From: Candidatus Staskawiczbacteria bacterium
Lineage (GTDB): Bacteria > Patescibacteriota > Minisyncoccia > Minisyncoccales > Staskawiczbacteraceae
Direction: 5' to 3'
Assembly (NCBI GenBank): GCA_903831095.1
Contig: CAIKWD010000026.1
Span: 136,477-200,476, forward strand
DNA: 64,000 nt
Made by a program: the position numbers and the translations under genes. Shown here in pieces: positions 54,735 to 64,000 of this stretch. Position 1 is the stretch's first letter, and every line of letters starts with the position of its first letter. The notes below the pieces were generated by a model. That model saw only the letters and a program-made list of their open reading frames with translations. It did no database searches and had not been told where the DNA came from.

Positions 54735-57410
54735 ATGAGTCAAAAATGTTCAAGATGTGGCGAAGAAACAAGATATAGCGACAATTTCCACTGTCGTCAA
54801 ATTCTTATTGGGAAGTTAAGAAAATTAGGGAATAAAGAAAGAAATGATTTAATTTTACATTCACAAGGTGATGAATCGTGGGAACATTGGAAAAGAGATG
54901 AATTTAGGCAATTATATATTGAAAAGGATATAGAGGCGTCAAGATCTGCATTGGAGGAATATGAAAGAAATGCAAAGAAACAAAAAGAAAAAATTATAGA
55001 AACCTTAGAACCTGCACAGTTGTTATTAGATAACAATGATTTTTTAAAAGCTGACCAGTTTGTTTCAGAATTGGAAAAACATTCTGAGCAGTTAATTGAA
55101 GAATATGAGAAAATAAAATCTAGGTATGTTAAAACATTTTTTAAAAAAACTTTTAAAAAGATAAAGGAATTATCAAACGAACAATTTCTTGCTATTGCTG
55201 ACACAAGTAAGAATTTATTATTAAGAGCGAGAGCTGGTTCTGGCAAAACAACAACTTTATCTTCAAAAATAGCTTATCTTATAAAAGGTGAAAATATAGA
55301 TCAAAACAAAATTGTTGCACTATGTTTTAATACAGTAGCTACAAAGAATATTATTAAAAAACTGGTAGAAGACTTTGATATAAAATATCGGGAGAAGGAG
55401 AATATAGCAACTTTTCATAGTTTAGCTTTTCAAATATCACCACCAAATGAAGGAGTAGAGACCCTATTCGACGATCATAATCTGCAAGGCGAGCAAAAGC
55501 TCACAGCTTTTGTTGAAAAAATATTAGAAAAAAAATGGAACGACCCTTTTACTGATTTAAGAAGTGAAGGCATCCAGAGTAACCCAAACAACATTTTTGG
55601 GTTTATTAAAAAAATCTGGACGAATTTAAAATATGCACAATTCAAAACTGTTGTGTATGCAATTGCAAGAGAAGATAGGCGTTTTGATATTGACGAAGAG
55701 GCTGACAGGCTTAAAAGTAATGGCATACAATTTGGCTCAAGAGAACATTATCTATACAGAAGAATGAATCTTTCTTATATTACATTAGATGGAAAGCACG
55801 TCAAATCATCTGGGGAGAAGTGTATCGCCGATTATTTGTTTGAACATGATATAAAATATAAATATGAGCCTAATTTTCGAATGGGAGAGCACACATACTA
55901 TCCCGATTTTCAACTATACGAAAATAATGTCATTATTGAACACTGGGGCATAGATGAGTTGGACAATAAAAAGAGAGTTCCACAAGAATGGCTAAAAACC
56001 TGGCACGAGTATAAAAATGAAATGAAAGAAAAAAGAGCTTATTGGAAGGCGTATAATAAAAATAGTACGACTTATCGTTTATTAGAAACTAACATAACTC
56101 AATTGAGGGATGGGCGAGAAGCATTCGAAGAAATACTTTCTGAAAAATTACATGACTATGGGGTTCATAATAACAGATTAGATATAGACACAATTATTAA
56201 AGAAATGTCTCATAATCTGAGGAGTGAGTTTTCTAAAAAAATAGTAAGTTATATCCAAAAAGCTAAACAAAATGAGCTTTCTCCTGAAAAGATGAAGCTT
56301 AAAATATTTGAAGCGAAGTATCCTAAATATAGTAAAGTAAATGTTTTTTTAAATTTAGCAAATATAATATATAAGCAATACGAAGTTGATAAAGGGGGAG
56401 AGGAAAAAAAGAAGATAGATTTTTATGACTTTCTGTCTAATGCGGAGAAAAAAATAGATACGACGAAAGGGGAATGCAAACTTAGGTCTGGCGTAAGTAT
56501 TAATGAGATTGAATGGTTGTTAATCGATGAGTTCCAAGACTTTTCCCCACTTTTTCTTGCCCTAATAAAAGTAATCCAGAAATATAATTCGAAAGTAAAA
56601 TTATTTTGTGTTGGGGATAATTGGCAGGCTATAAATTCCTTTGCCGGATCTGACGTTGAACTATTCAACAAATTTAAAGAAGAGTTTCCGATTAAATCGG
56701 CAATAAAAGATTTAACAATTAATAGACGAAGTAATCGTGATATAGTAAATTTTGGAAATAGAATAATGGAGGGGCGAGGTATTGAATCCGATGTAGACCC
56801 TGATAACCGAGAAGGTGGCATTATTAAATGTTTGAATATTAATCAAGATCAAGAATGGTTTGATATTAACAAGGCAAGGGCTGAGTTCGACACAGATGCT
56901 GATGTTGTTTTACTTAGATATTTAGATCGAGCAGTGAATATTGTTGATAAATATTTTGAAAAATTAAAAGAAAGCAATACATTTAAAATACTTTTTCTAA
57001 GTAGAAAATCAAAAGTTAGGCAGATTGGATTAGATGATTTTACTAAAAAAATAGAAATATTTCTTACAAAAAAATATCCCGAAGATAAGAATAAAATTAA
57101 AGTTTTTTTCAATGAGCAGATTGATAAAAATGGAGAGAAATACCGACAAATAGAATCTAAAACAGTGCATCAATCAAAAGGGCTTGAAGCGAATGTGGTA
57201 ATTGTGATAGAGGCAACAAATCGTTGTTTCCCCTTAATACACCCTGACTCTCTATTATTTGAAATATTCGGTGATAAACTAGATAAGATTATAGATGAGG
57301 AACAACGATTATTCTATGTTGCCTGTACTAGAGCGAAGTCACATTTATATTTACTGTATGAGGAGGATTTCGACAAGAAAAAAATATTAACAGCATTTTA
57401 CCCATATTAA
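54735..57410 (+). CDS. UvrD/helicase IV-like SF1 helicase with an inserted PD-(D/E)XK-like domain
   Basis: ARAGSGKT, IDEFQD, VGDNWQ, TVHQSKGLE, RLFYVACTRAK; insert KS.GE..IADYL..YE..YPDF..IEHWG. Confidence 0.85.
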   Translation: MSQKCSRCGEETRYSDNFHCRQILIGKLRKLGNKERNDLILHSQGDESWEHWKRDEFRQLYIEKDIEASRSALEEYERNAKKQKEKIIETLEPAQLLLDNNDFLKADQFVSELEKHSEQLIEEYEKIKSRYVKTFFKKTFKKIKELSNEQFLAIADTSKNLLLRARAGSGKTTTLSSKIAYLIKGENIDQNKIVALCFNTVATKNIIKKLVEDFDIKYREKENIATFHSLAFQISPPNEGVETLFDDHNLQGEQKLTAFVEKILEKKWNDPFTDLRSEGIQSNPNNIFGFIKKIWTNLKYAQFKTVVYAIAREDRRFDIDEEADRLKSNGIQFGSREHYLYRRMNLSYITLDGKHVKSSGEKCIADYLFEHDIKYKYEPNFRMGEHTYYPDFQLYENNVIIEHWGIDELDNKKRVPQEWLKTWHEYKNEMKEKRAYWKAYNKNSTTYRLLETNITQLRDGREAFEEILSEKLHDYGVHNNRLDIDTIIKEMSHNLRSEFSKKIVSYIQKAKQNELSPEKMKLKIFEAKYPKYSKVNVFLNLANIIYKQYEVDKGGEEKKKIDFYDFLSNAEKKIDTTKGECKLRSGVSINEIEWLLIDEFQDFSPLFLALIKVIQKYNSKVKLFCVGDNWQAINSFAGSDVELFNKFKEEFPIKSAIKDLTINRRSNRDIVNFGNRIMEGRGIESDVDPDNREGGIIKCLNINQDQEWFDINKARAEFDTDADVVLLRYLDRAVNIVDKYFEKLKESNTFKILFLSRKSKVRQIGLDDFTKKIEIFLTKKYPEDKNKIKVFFNEQIDKNGEKYRQIESKTVHQSKGLEANVVIVIEATNRCFPLIHPDSLLFEIFGDKLDKIIDEEQRLFYVACTRAKSHLYLLYEEDFDKKKILTAFYPY

Positions 57411-57455
57411 TAAATATATTATAAAATATTTGAAAGTGTTAACCAGAATAAAAAA

Positions 57456-58340
57456 ATGAAAAAGAAAATTCTTTATACTTTAATAGTGATAATAATAGCG
57501 GCAATAATAGCGGTAATTTTTTCTCTAGAGCTGGTTTTGGTTTACATTGGATGGCGTTGGCATGGGATTAGCTTTAGTGCATCGTCAAATACTGTTTCCA
57601 CACAGCAAAATACTGCGGCTGTAGCACCTAAAGTGGATTTGACTGTTTATCCGACATCTACGCTACCTCCAGATTATTCTCCCAGTTTTGTTGACTGGTT
57701 TGTATTTGGAGCTAACAAAATATACGAATTTACTGATCAAGAGGTAAGCGATAAAGTGCCAGAGGGACAGGTGAAAAGTCTTACACTTACTAGCGGTTCG
57801 CCAGACTATATAAAAGTAATGCTAATAAGTACGCTCACGACACAAGACTGGTATGTGATGGAAAACGAGACAGCGAGACTGCTTGTTTCTGATGCCACGA
57901 AACCAATATTGCTTACATTGTTCGATGCAGACAAAAAGTGGATAATAGATATATCCCCAGACCAACAATTCGCAAATATACTCTTTGCGTGGTATATAAT
58001 ACCTGATAATAGATATAAATCAGACAAGTATCCTTTAGCGTTTTGGTTGACATACAACATTGCAAACGCAGACGGATTTACGCAAGTACTTACGCTGTTT
58101 AAAACAGAATCAGATGGATCGTTGCGGGTAATAAAGACATTTGAGGGTAGGAATGGATTTGCATCTCTTGATGGTGATATAATTTGGGTTGGTGAGGCTA
58201 CAACTACAGATCCATCGAATGGAGTTCTAGGGTACGAGAAAACGCATATCACAAAATATTCAGCGTCCACTTTCAAACAAATTTCTGAACAGACAGTGCC
58301 CAATGTGTATTGGAGCGATGCATGGTTAAAGTGGAACTAA
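57456..58340 (+). CDS. Hypothetical membrane-anchored protein
   Basis: N-terminal TM followed by a beta-rich domain. Confidence 0.6.
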   Translation: MKKKILYTLIVIIIAAIIAVIFSLELVLVYIGWRWHGISFSASSNTVSTQQNTAAVAPKVDLTVYPTSTLPPDYSPSFVDWFVFGANKIYEFTDQEVSDKVPEGQVKSLTLTSGSPDYIKVMLISTLTTQDWYVMENETARLLVSDATKPILLTLFDADKKWIIDISPDQQFANILFAWYIIPDNRYKSDKYPLAFWLTYNIANADGFTQVLTLFKTESDGSLRVIKTFEGRNGFASLDGDIIWVGEATTTDPSNGVLGYEKTHITKYSASTFKQISEQTVPNVYWSDAWLKWN

Positions 58341-58345
58341 TAATT

Positions 58346-59158
58346 ATGAATAAGAAAACCTTTTATATCGGTATAGTTTGTGTAGTGGTTATTTTATGCG
58401 TTACTGCTGGTTTTTTTGTTTATAAAAGTTCAACATCAAAACAAATCAGTATTCATCAAAAATGTCCAGAAGATTATGCCGAAAATGATGCCGGAACAGC
58501 AGAATATGAGAAAGCAATGCTCGATTGGACAAAGAATTACTTAACAATACATTCTGAGCCTACGGCTTCTGTACCGACAGTTTCTGGTTGGGCAGAGGCA
58601 AGAACTAAGCTTTGGTCGGATAATAACTGCACCGTCGCATTACAGAGGTTAAAAATGTCTGGTAAGGTAGCAGATCTTAAACCATATGAACTAATAGATA
58701 ATAAGATACAAACTGTACTAATTAAAACATTAGAAGATACTTTATATACCAGTGAGCTTGGTTTTTCTTTTTATTATCCAAATGACATGTATGTTCAAAA
58801 CGGTTCTGACGGTCCTGACGATAATTATCGCTTATTAATAATTCCTAACTCTTACCAAGATAATGAGGACCAGGACTTAACTGCGATAGTTATTAGCGCA
58901 AGCCTAAATGAGCCACCACAAACGCCATTAGAATGGCTAAGGGGCCCATATTCCGGTGCTGATATGGCGAAAGGGTATTCTAAGCTGGATATAGATGGGC
59001 AAGAAGCAATTTCAATGAATGGAAGGAATTGGGTTACAGTTGATACTCCTGACAATAAATACCAAATAAGTATTGCTACTTTGCCGGGCGAGAATCCTAG
59101 CCAAGGCCTACAGGATGAGATGAGTACTATTGTTAATTCTATTGTTTTTACTAAATAA
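58346..59158 (+). CDS. Hypothetical membrane-anchored protein with PsbP-like C-terminus
   Basis: N-terminal TM; LGFSFYYP ... IDGQEAI ... IVNSIVF. Confidence 0.55.
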   Translation: MNKKTFYIGIVCVVVILCVTAGFFVYKSSTSKQISIHQKCPEDYAENDAGTAEYEKAMLDWTKNYLTIHSEPTASVPTVSGWAEARTKLWSDNNCTVALQRLKMSGKVADLKPYELIDNKIQTVLIKTLEDTLYTSELGFSFYYPNDMYVQNGSDGPDDNYRLLIIPNSYQDNEDQDLTAIVISASLNEPPQTPLEWLRGPYSGADMAKGYSKLDIDGQEAISMNGRNWVTVDTPDNKYQISIATLPGENPSQGLQDEMSTIVNSIVFTK

Positions 59159-59168
59159 AAAATAATCA

Positions 59169-59330
59169 ATGGTAGAAATAAAATCACAAGAACTAATTTT
59201 AAAGTGGCAGAGTCTTATTAAGAGGAAATATAATTGGCCGGATGTCACGCTTCAAGAGGCAAAACAATTCGGGGAGGATCTGTGTAACTATTTTGAGGTG
59301 CTTCTTGAACCAGATGGGCAGATAAAATAA
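59169..59330 (+). CDS. Small hypothetical protein (53 aa, absent from the ORF track)
   Basis: MVEIKSQELILKWQSLIKRKYNWPDVTLQEAKQFGEDLCNYFEVLL... Confidence 0.55.
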   Translation: MVEIKSQELILKWQSLIKRKYNWPDVTLQEAKQFGEDLCNYFEVLLEPDGQIK

Positions 59331-59359
59331 TAAAAATTATAATAGTTTGAAAAGAAAAT

Positions 59360-59998
59360 ATGAGAGTTACATACCATTATGATGAGCCAAAGACTCCGGA
59401 AGAGAAAGAGGAGCAGGAACGAAGAGTATCAGCAGTTTATAAAATTATATTTGATGCGGTATTGGAAGAAAGAAAGCTAGAAGAGAAACTAAAAGATTAT
59501 CCTAATGGTTTTGCTATCATGGATGGTAAAAGTTACAACTGTTGTATCTGCGATATGCATATTAAAGATGAGGAACTCTGGTATGACAAATGGGGAAAGA
59601 AATGTCTTGCATGTCAGGATGCAGTAGGCAGAAATATAATTCCGGGAAGCATTTGTCGCAAACATAAAGATTGGTATATAAATTGGGAGTTTGATTTATA
59701 TTTTAAAATCAAAGCGTCTACGATTAAAAAACTCATCAGGCAAGATATCCTCAAGGTGCGCATTATACCAAAGAATGGATTCGAGGTATTTCTTATCAAA
59801 GATAATGCTGGTGTATTACCAGTGAAAGATATATTAAAGGATGTTTCATTTCCTGTTGAGGGAGATAAAAATGCTATAACTACAATTCCTTGGTATGAGG
59901 CGAAAGATCCAAAGAAAATACTGGGGAAGTATAAGATTTGGCCGTATTCAACCGCTTTGCAAGCGGACAGTAAAAATAATCATCAAAAATGTGTGTAG
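59360..59998 (+). CDS. Hypothetical protein with a CxxC...CxxC zinc site
   Basis: CCIC ... WYDKWG ... CLAC. Confidence 0.6.
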   Translation: MRVTYHYDEPKTPEEKEEQERRVSAVYKIIFDAVLEERKLEEKLKDYPNGFAIMDGKSYNCCICDMHIKDEELWYDKWGKKCLACQDAVGRNIIPGSICRKHKDWYINWEFDLYFKIKASTIKKLIRQDILKVRIIPKNGFEVFLIKDNAGVLPVKDILKDVSFPVEGDKNAITTIPWYEAKDPKKILGKYKIWPYSTALQADSKNNHQKCV

Positions 59999-60114
59999 GT
60001 AAGAGCGCCCTCATTTATTTGACTTATTTTAGTAATAGTTGTAGAATATAAGTCAGTTCGATGAGAATATGGGTTTCTCATTTTTGACAATTTACACAGA
60101 AAGAGGGCATAGAA

Positions 60115-60813
60115 ATGAAAAAGACCATAGAAATTAGAACGGCTGACAAAGCCGATCTCGATGGCATCTTGGAGCTGGAAAAAAGGGTTTGGATAGAGAT
60201 CCCAGCATCAAGGAAAATGGTAATGGGAAGGCTGGAGAATTTCCCTGAAGGCAATTTCATTGCCGTAGACAAGGCGTCTGGGAAAATCGTCGGGTACCTC
60301 TGTCTAATGTTTTTGGGGCATGAGCCGTCAGAGCTTCCAAATTCATGGATGGATATCACCGGAGACGGAACGATTCGCACCCACAACCCTGATGGGAAAT
60401 ATATGTATGGGGTAACCTTAACCGTAGACAAGGGGTATGCAGTAGGGATGGAGCTCCAAATCTACGGATGGGCTTTCGGGCTCAAACACCATCGCAAGGG
60501 ATGCTATTTCGGTTCTCCAATCCCAAGGTTCGCCGAGTACCAAAAGAAACATCCGGATATAACGGTTGAGGACTATGTTTTCAGGACGAAAACAAAACGG
60601 GGCGTTCCGTATGATCCTGAATTGGCATACTACCACGGCGCCGGTTTCAAAGCTGTAAGGATCCTGTCAAATTACGAGAAAGATCCGAATAGCTTGGACT
60701 ATGGTGTGTTAGTCTACACCCCAAACATTTTCTATCACTGGCCCTTTCGTTCATTTATCGCCTGGCTGGTGAAGAAGTTTGGATTCAGTCTGCTCAAGGC
60801 GTTAGGGGTTTAG
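60115..60813 (+). CDS. GNAT-fold acetyltransferase-like protein
   Basis: EIRTA..ADL.GI.ELE..VW; FPEG; W.DITGDGTI.TH.PDG; DPEL. Confidence 0.75.
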   Translation: MKKTIEIRTADKADLDGILELEKRVWIEIPASRKMVMGRLENFPEGNFIAVDKASGKIVGYLCLMFLGHEPSELPNSWMDITGDGTIRTHNPDGKYMYGVTLTVDKGYAVGMELQIYGWAFGLKHHRKGCYFGSPIPRFAEYQKKHPDITVEDYVFRTKTKRGVPYDPELAYYHGAGFKAVRILSNYEKDPNSLDYGVLVYTPNIFYHWPFRSFIAWLVKKFGFSLLKALGV

Positions 60814-60886
60814 CTTGTTGCTTACCCCTTTTTTTATTACAAAAAAAACCCAGAGAACTCGCTGTTCCGCTGGGTATGGATTTCTC

Positions 60887-61882
60887 TCATCCTAATTCCC
60901 TGCAAGGGCAGGAAAGTTGGCTGAAAAGAGAGATATCAAAGCTGTCACGATATCGGTCAATTGCCCGATTGACTGACTCTGTACATGCTGGGCAGTTGTG
61001 AGGTATATCGATGGGTTTAGGGTCGTCTTCAAAAGTTCCGATTCTTACCGGCCCCAAATGAGCAGTTTGCTTGATAACCTCGATAATCGACCAGAGCTGT
61101 GGCAGTTTGTAGCTACCATTTCGATACTGGCGACACATCTCTGTCCCGTTTTGGATAAAGGCGCAGGAAAGCGACACTTCATCTACTCCCGTTTCAAAAC
61201 AGAATTGAATTGTGCGTACAGCATCCACGATCGCCTCAGATTCGCCAAGCCCCATCGGCTTTAGGAAAACATAGGCAAGAGACTTGGCGCCATGCCCCTT
61301 AAGCGTGGCTATGGCCCGCCGAAAGTTGCCAATATCAATTCCTTTCCTTAGGATTTTGTTGCGTACTCTGTCGTCTCTTGATTCTAGCCCGATCCCTACT
61401 TGAAGAGTTTTTCCTTTAAGCAAATCGCCTAACAGGGCGATATTACTTGAAGTGATAAACTCCGGGCGACTTTCTACAAAAAGTTTCTGAATCGTAGGGT
61501 GCCTACCGATATGTCGGCAGATAGCAATCTGTAGCGAGAGAGGAATCTCTGGCTTTGATCCAAAGACCTCGTGTCCGCTGTTTAAGAAGCTGCCACCATT
61601 ATAGATGGTCAGATTCTGCGGGTTTTGGTCTTTGACGCCAAGATATCCCAACCAGTAAACAAAATGTAATGCACGGGCGCCAAAGTATCTGGCGATCCAT
61701 GCATACTGTTGCTTGCTGGATTTCGGGCAGTTGAACCCGCACATAGTGCATCCGCCAGATCTCAAATACCAGTGACACAGATTCATTGCAGGCAGCAGAA
61801 GGACCCATCGGTTAACCATTTGTTTGATTAACGGGTCAAAAAAGGCACTGGTAGCCGAGAAGCTTTCCCATGGCTTTTTCAT
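60887..61882 (-). CDS. Radical SAM protein, TIGR01210/RaSEA-like
   Basis: CHWYLRSGGCTMC cluster motif, YNGGSFL, ESRPEF, IGLES, YVFLKP, PHNC..C. Confidence 0.78.
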   Translation of the reverse strand: MKKPWESFSATSAFFDPLIKQMVNRWVLLLPAMNLCHWYLRSGGCTMCGFNCPKSSKQQYAWIARYFGARALHFVYWLGYLGVKDQNPQNLTIYNGGSFLNSGHEVFGSKPEIPLSLQIAICRHIGRHPTIQKLFVESRPEFITSSNIALLGDLLKGKTLQVGIGLESRDDRVRNKILRKGIDIGNFRRAIATLKGHGAKSLAYVFLKPMGLGESEAIVDAVRTIQFCFETGVDEVSLSCAFIQNGTEMCRQYRNGSYKLPQLWSIIEVIKQTAHLGPVRIGTFEDDPKPIDIPHNCPACTESVNRAIDRYRDSFDISLFSQLSCPCRELG

Positions 61883-62013
61883 ATTAATATCTCCTTGTTT
61901 GAGTTAAGGTGCTAACTATTACTATATCATTTAATTTAATATCTGTCAAAATATTGCGCGGGTTTGGTTGAAACCATAATAAATGATATAATTATTATAA
62001 TTTATGAAAAAAT

Positions 62014-64000
62014 ATGTTTGATGCTAACATCTGGATAATATCAATTATCGTTTTATTCTCTATCTCTCTAGGGTTGGTTGCTTTCTTCAAGAATCCCAGA
62101 AGCAAGACTAACAGAATTTTCTTGCTGTTGATTCTGTTTATGGTTACATGGCAGTTGAGTAATTTTTTAGAGAACGAGAAGATTGGTCAAAATTTAGCTA
62201 AACTTTTTTTGAGGACTGACTTTGCCTCAGCCATGCTGGTTGGTTATTTTTGGTTTCTTTTTGTTTTGAATTTTTCACAAATAAAACGTTTTATCGTAAA
62301 GCCATTTTTAAAGGTTGTAATTTTCCTCGTATCCCTTGCGCTGTCTCTTTTGGCATTCACCAATTTAATTATTTCTAATATTAATTTTAACACAGGAGCA
62401 ATAAGATTTGATGATGGTCGCTTATGGCCCATTTATGCGCTGGTTCTGGTGTTTCTTTTTATCGCAGGTTATGCAATGCTTATTTTAAATTTATTTAAGG
62501 CACACGGCTTGATAAAAATGCAGATACTGTATATCTTTTTGGGTGCCAGCATCTCGTCAATAATTGCCCTCGTAATCAATTTGTTCTTTTCAAACTTTTT
62601 GACTATTGATCAATCAAGAATTGGATTATACGGAACTATTGTCTTTATTATGTGTGCTTTTTATGCAATTATACGCTATCGTTTCATGGACATTAGGATA
62701 GCCGCCAGAAAAACTTTTATTTATACCGTTTCAGCCGTATTTATCTATTTAATATTCTATTCTGTAGCGTGGTTTTATGAAAGATATTTTGGAGGAATTT
62801 TTGCAACCTCTTCTTATCTTTTGGGGTTAATATTGGCGCCTTTGTTTGCGGTAGTTTTTATTTGGCTATATAAATTCATACAAAAAATCGCTAACAAATA
62901 TTTGTTTTTTAGTTTGTATAGCAACCAAGAAACAATTGCTAGATTATCAGATGAGTTAACAAATTCCATTGATTTAAGTAAAATTGTAGATTCTATTGTA
63001 GATAGCATCAAACAGGCGATGCAGTTAGACCGGGCAGGTATTTTATTAATTGATCAAAATGACAATGCAGTTAAATACAAAATAGCAAAAGTTATTGGTT
63101 TTAACGAAAACAATGGTATTAGTTTGGTGCAAGATAATTTTTTAACACGCCACCTAGAGAAAACACAAAGAGTATTAGTCAGAGACGAGATGCAGTTACT
63201 TTCAAGAGACTCAAACAATGCCGAAGAAAGACAGGGGTTTGATCAGCTGGCAGAAAATATGAAACACATTGAGGCGTCATTGTGTTTGCCAATGATAATT
63301 TCAAATAAGCTAATTGGAATGATTGTTTTGGGAAGTAAGATTTCTAATGATGCATATACGAAAGAAGATTTAGATCTTCTAACGACACTGTCAAAACAGG
63401 CAGCCATAGCAGTTGACAACGCCCGTTTGTATAAAGAAGTTCAAGATTTTAATAAAACTCTTAAACAAAAAGTAGACGAGCAGACGAAAGACATACAACA
63501 GGCATACGATGTGGAAAAGCAAGCGCATGAAGAATTGAAAAAGTTAGACCAAAATAAAACCGAGTTTATGCTGGTAACCCAGCATCATCTCCGCACCCCG
63601 TTATCTGTGAACAGGGGGTTTTTGGATCTTTTAAATCAAGGCCAGTTTGGTAAAATACCAGCAAAAATGCAGAAAGTGATTTCAGAACTAATTGAATCCA
63701 CGCAAAAGGAAATAAACGTGGTAAACGAATTGTTGGACGTTTCCAGCTACCAGCTCGGAAAACAGATGATACATTTGGAGCCCGATACAGACATGCCAGC
63801 CTTAATGGATGAAACTTTAAAAGATTTAATTGTTGAGGCAGAAAATAAAGGACTATATCTTAAATTTGAAAAACAAGGTGTTATTCCAAAAATTCCTTGC
63901 GACCGTACAAAAATGAAATTAGCTCTTACAAATGTTATAGACGACTGCGTAAAGTATACCAAGCAAGGAGGCATAGTTGTAACCTTAAAAACACAAAATG
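62014..64000 (+). CDS. 7TM-GAF sensor histidine kinase, 3'-truncated by the window edge (absent from the ORF track)
   Basis: Open frame from ATG 62014 to the window end; multiple TM segments, GAF (LIGMIVLG..YT.EDL.LL..L..QA.IA.DNA), H-box QHHLRTPL. Confidence 0.88.
   Translation, partial: MFDANIWIISIIVLFSISLGLVAFFKNPRSKTNRIFLLLILFMVTWQLSNFLENEKIGQNLAKLFLRTDFASAMLVGYFWFLFVLNFSQIKRFIVKPFLKVVIFLVSLALSLLAFTNLIISNINFNTGAIRFDDGRLWPIYALVLVFLFIAGYAMLILNLFKAHGLIKMQILYIFLGASISSIIALVINLFFSNFLTIDQSRIGLYGTIVFIMCAFYAIIRYRFMDIRIAARKTFIYTVSAVFIYLIFYSVAWFYERYFGGIFATSSYLLGLILAPLFAVVFIWLYKFIQKIANKYLFFSLYSNQETIARLSDELTNSIDLSKIVDSIVDSIKQAMQLDRAGILLIDQNDNAVKYKIAKVIGFNENNGISLVQDNFLTRHLEKTQRVLVRDEMQLLSRDSNNAEERQGFDQLAENMKHIEASLCLPMIISNKLIGMIVLGSKISNDAYTKEDLDLLTTLSKQAAIAVDNARLYKEVQDFNKTLKQKVDEQTKDIQQAYDVEKQAHEELKKLDQNKTEFMLVTQHHLRTPLSVNRGFLDLLNQGQFGKIPAKMQKVISELIESTQKEINVVNELLDVSSYQLGKQMIHLEPDTDMPALMDETLKDLIVEAENKGLYLKFEKQGVIPKIPCDRTKMKLALTNVIDDCVKYTKQGGIVVTLKTQN

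Larger units (their letters stand above)
38653..60000. mobile_element. Integrated genomic island at tRNA-Leu(TAA); right end not determined
   Basis: Recombinase abuts the tRNA 3' end, followed by a RepA-like helicase, orphan surface proteins and defence-like genes, with no housekeeping genes; no att direct repeat found. Confidence 0.7.

Noticed and set aside
38653..60000. Island as a prophage
   Set aside because: No terminase, portal, capsid, tail or lysis genes were recognised.
38630..64000. attR direct repeat of the tRNA-Leu 3' end
   Set aside because: I could not find one by eye; serine recombinases need only a short core and the end may lie outside the window.
1..64000. Alternative genetic code 25 (TGA read as Gly)
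   Set aside because: Core genes are full length in code 11 and yraN ends at TGA.

Overview
AT-rich bacterial chromosome segment in genetic code 11. Gene content suggests Patescibacteria (Parcubacteria-like CPR); this is inferred from a short IF-2, DUF5671/DUF4446 genes and mostly SD-less core genes. Bases 1-38.6 kb are backbone: dprA, comM, yraN, nusA, hppA, glnA, tig, clpP, rny, pyk, htrA, truB, dus, infB, rbfA and 8 tRNAs. From tRNA-Leu(TAA) rightwards lies an integrated element. It carries a large serine recombinase that reads into the tRNA, a RepA-like helicase, surface proteins and a defence-like cluster (GHKL ATPase operon, DnaA-domain-IV/sigma4/HNH fusion, stand-alone AbaSI-type SRA domain, 1003-aa RelA/SpoT synthetase fusion, helicase-nuclease). 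The most striking unexplained signals are non-coding. (1) About 15 copies of a 14-bp palindrome ACCGCTTAAGCGGT sit upstream of and inside an HTH/coiled-coil gene and before comM, a candidate single-protein centromere-like system. (2) Three dispersed, covarying copies of a ~150-nt structured leader RNA precede unrelated genes. (3) A 77-nt hairpin repeat family lies before nusA and rny and is inserted in frame in truB. (4) Twin 24-bp inverted repeats flank a tiny HTH gene. (5) A GIY-YIG gene sits in a duplicated tRNA-Ser 5' end. All family calls come from motif recognition by eye; no searches were run.
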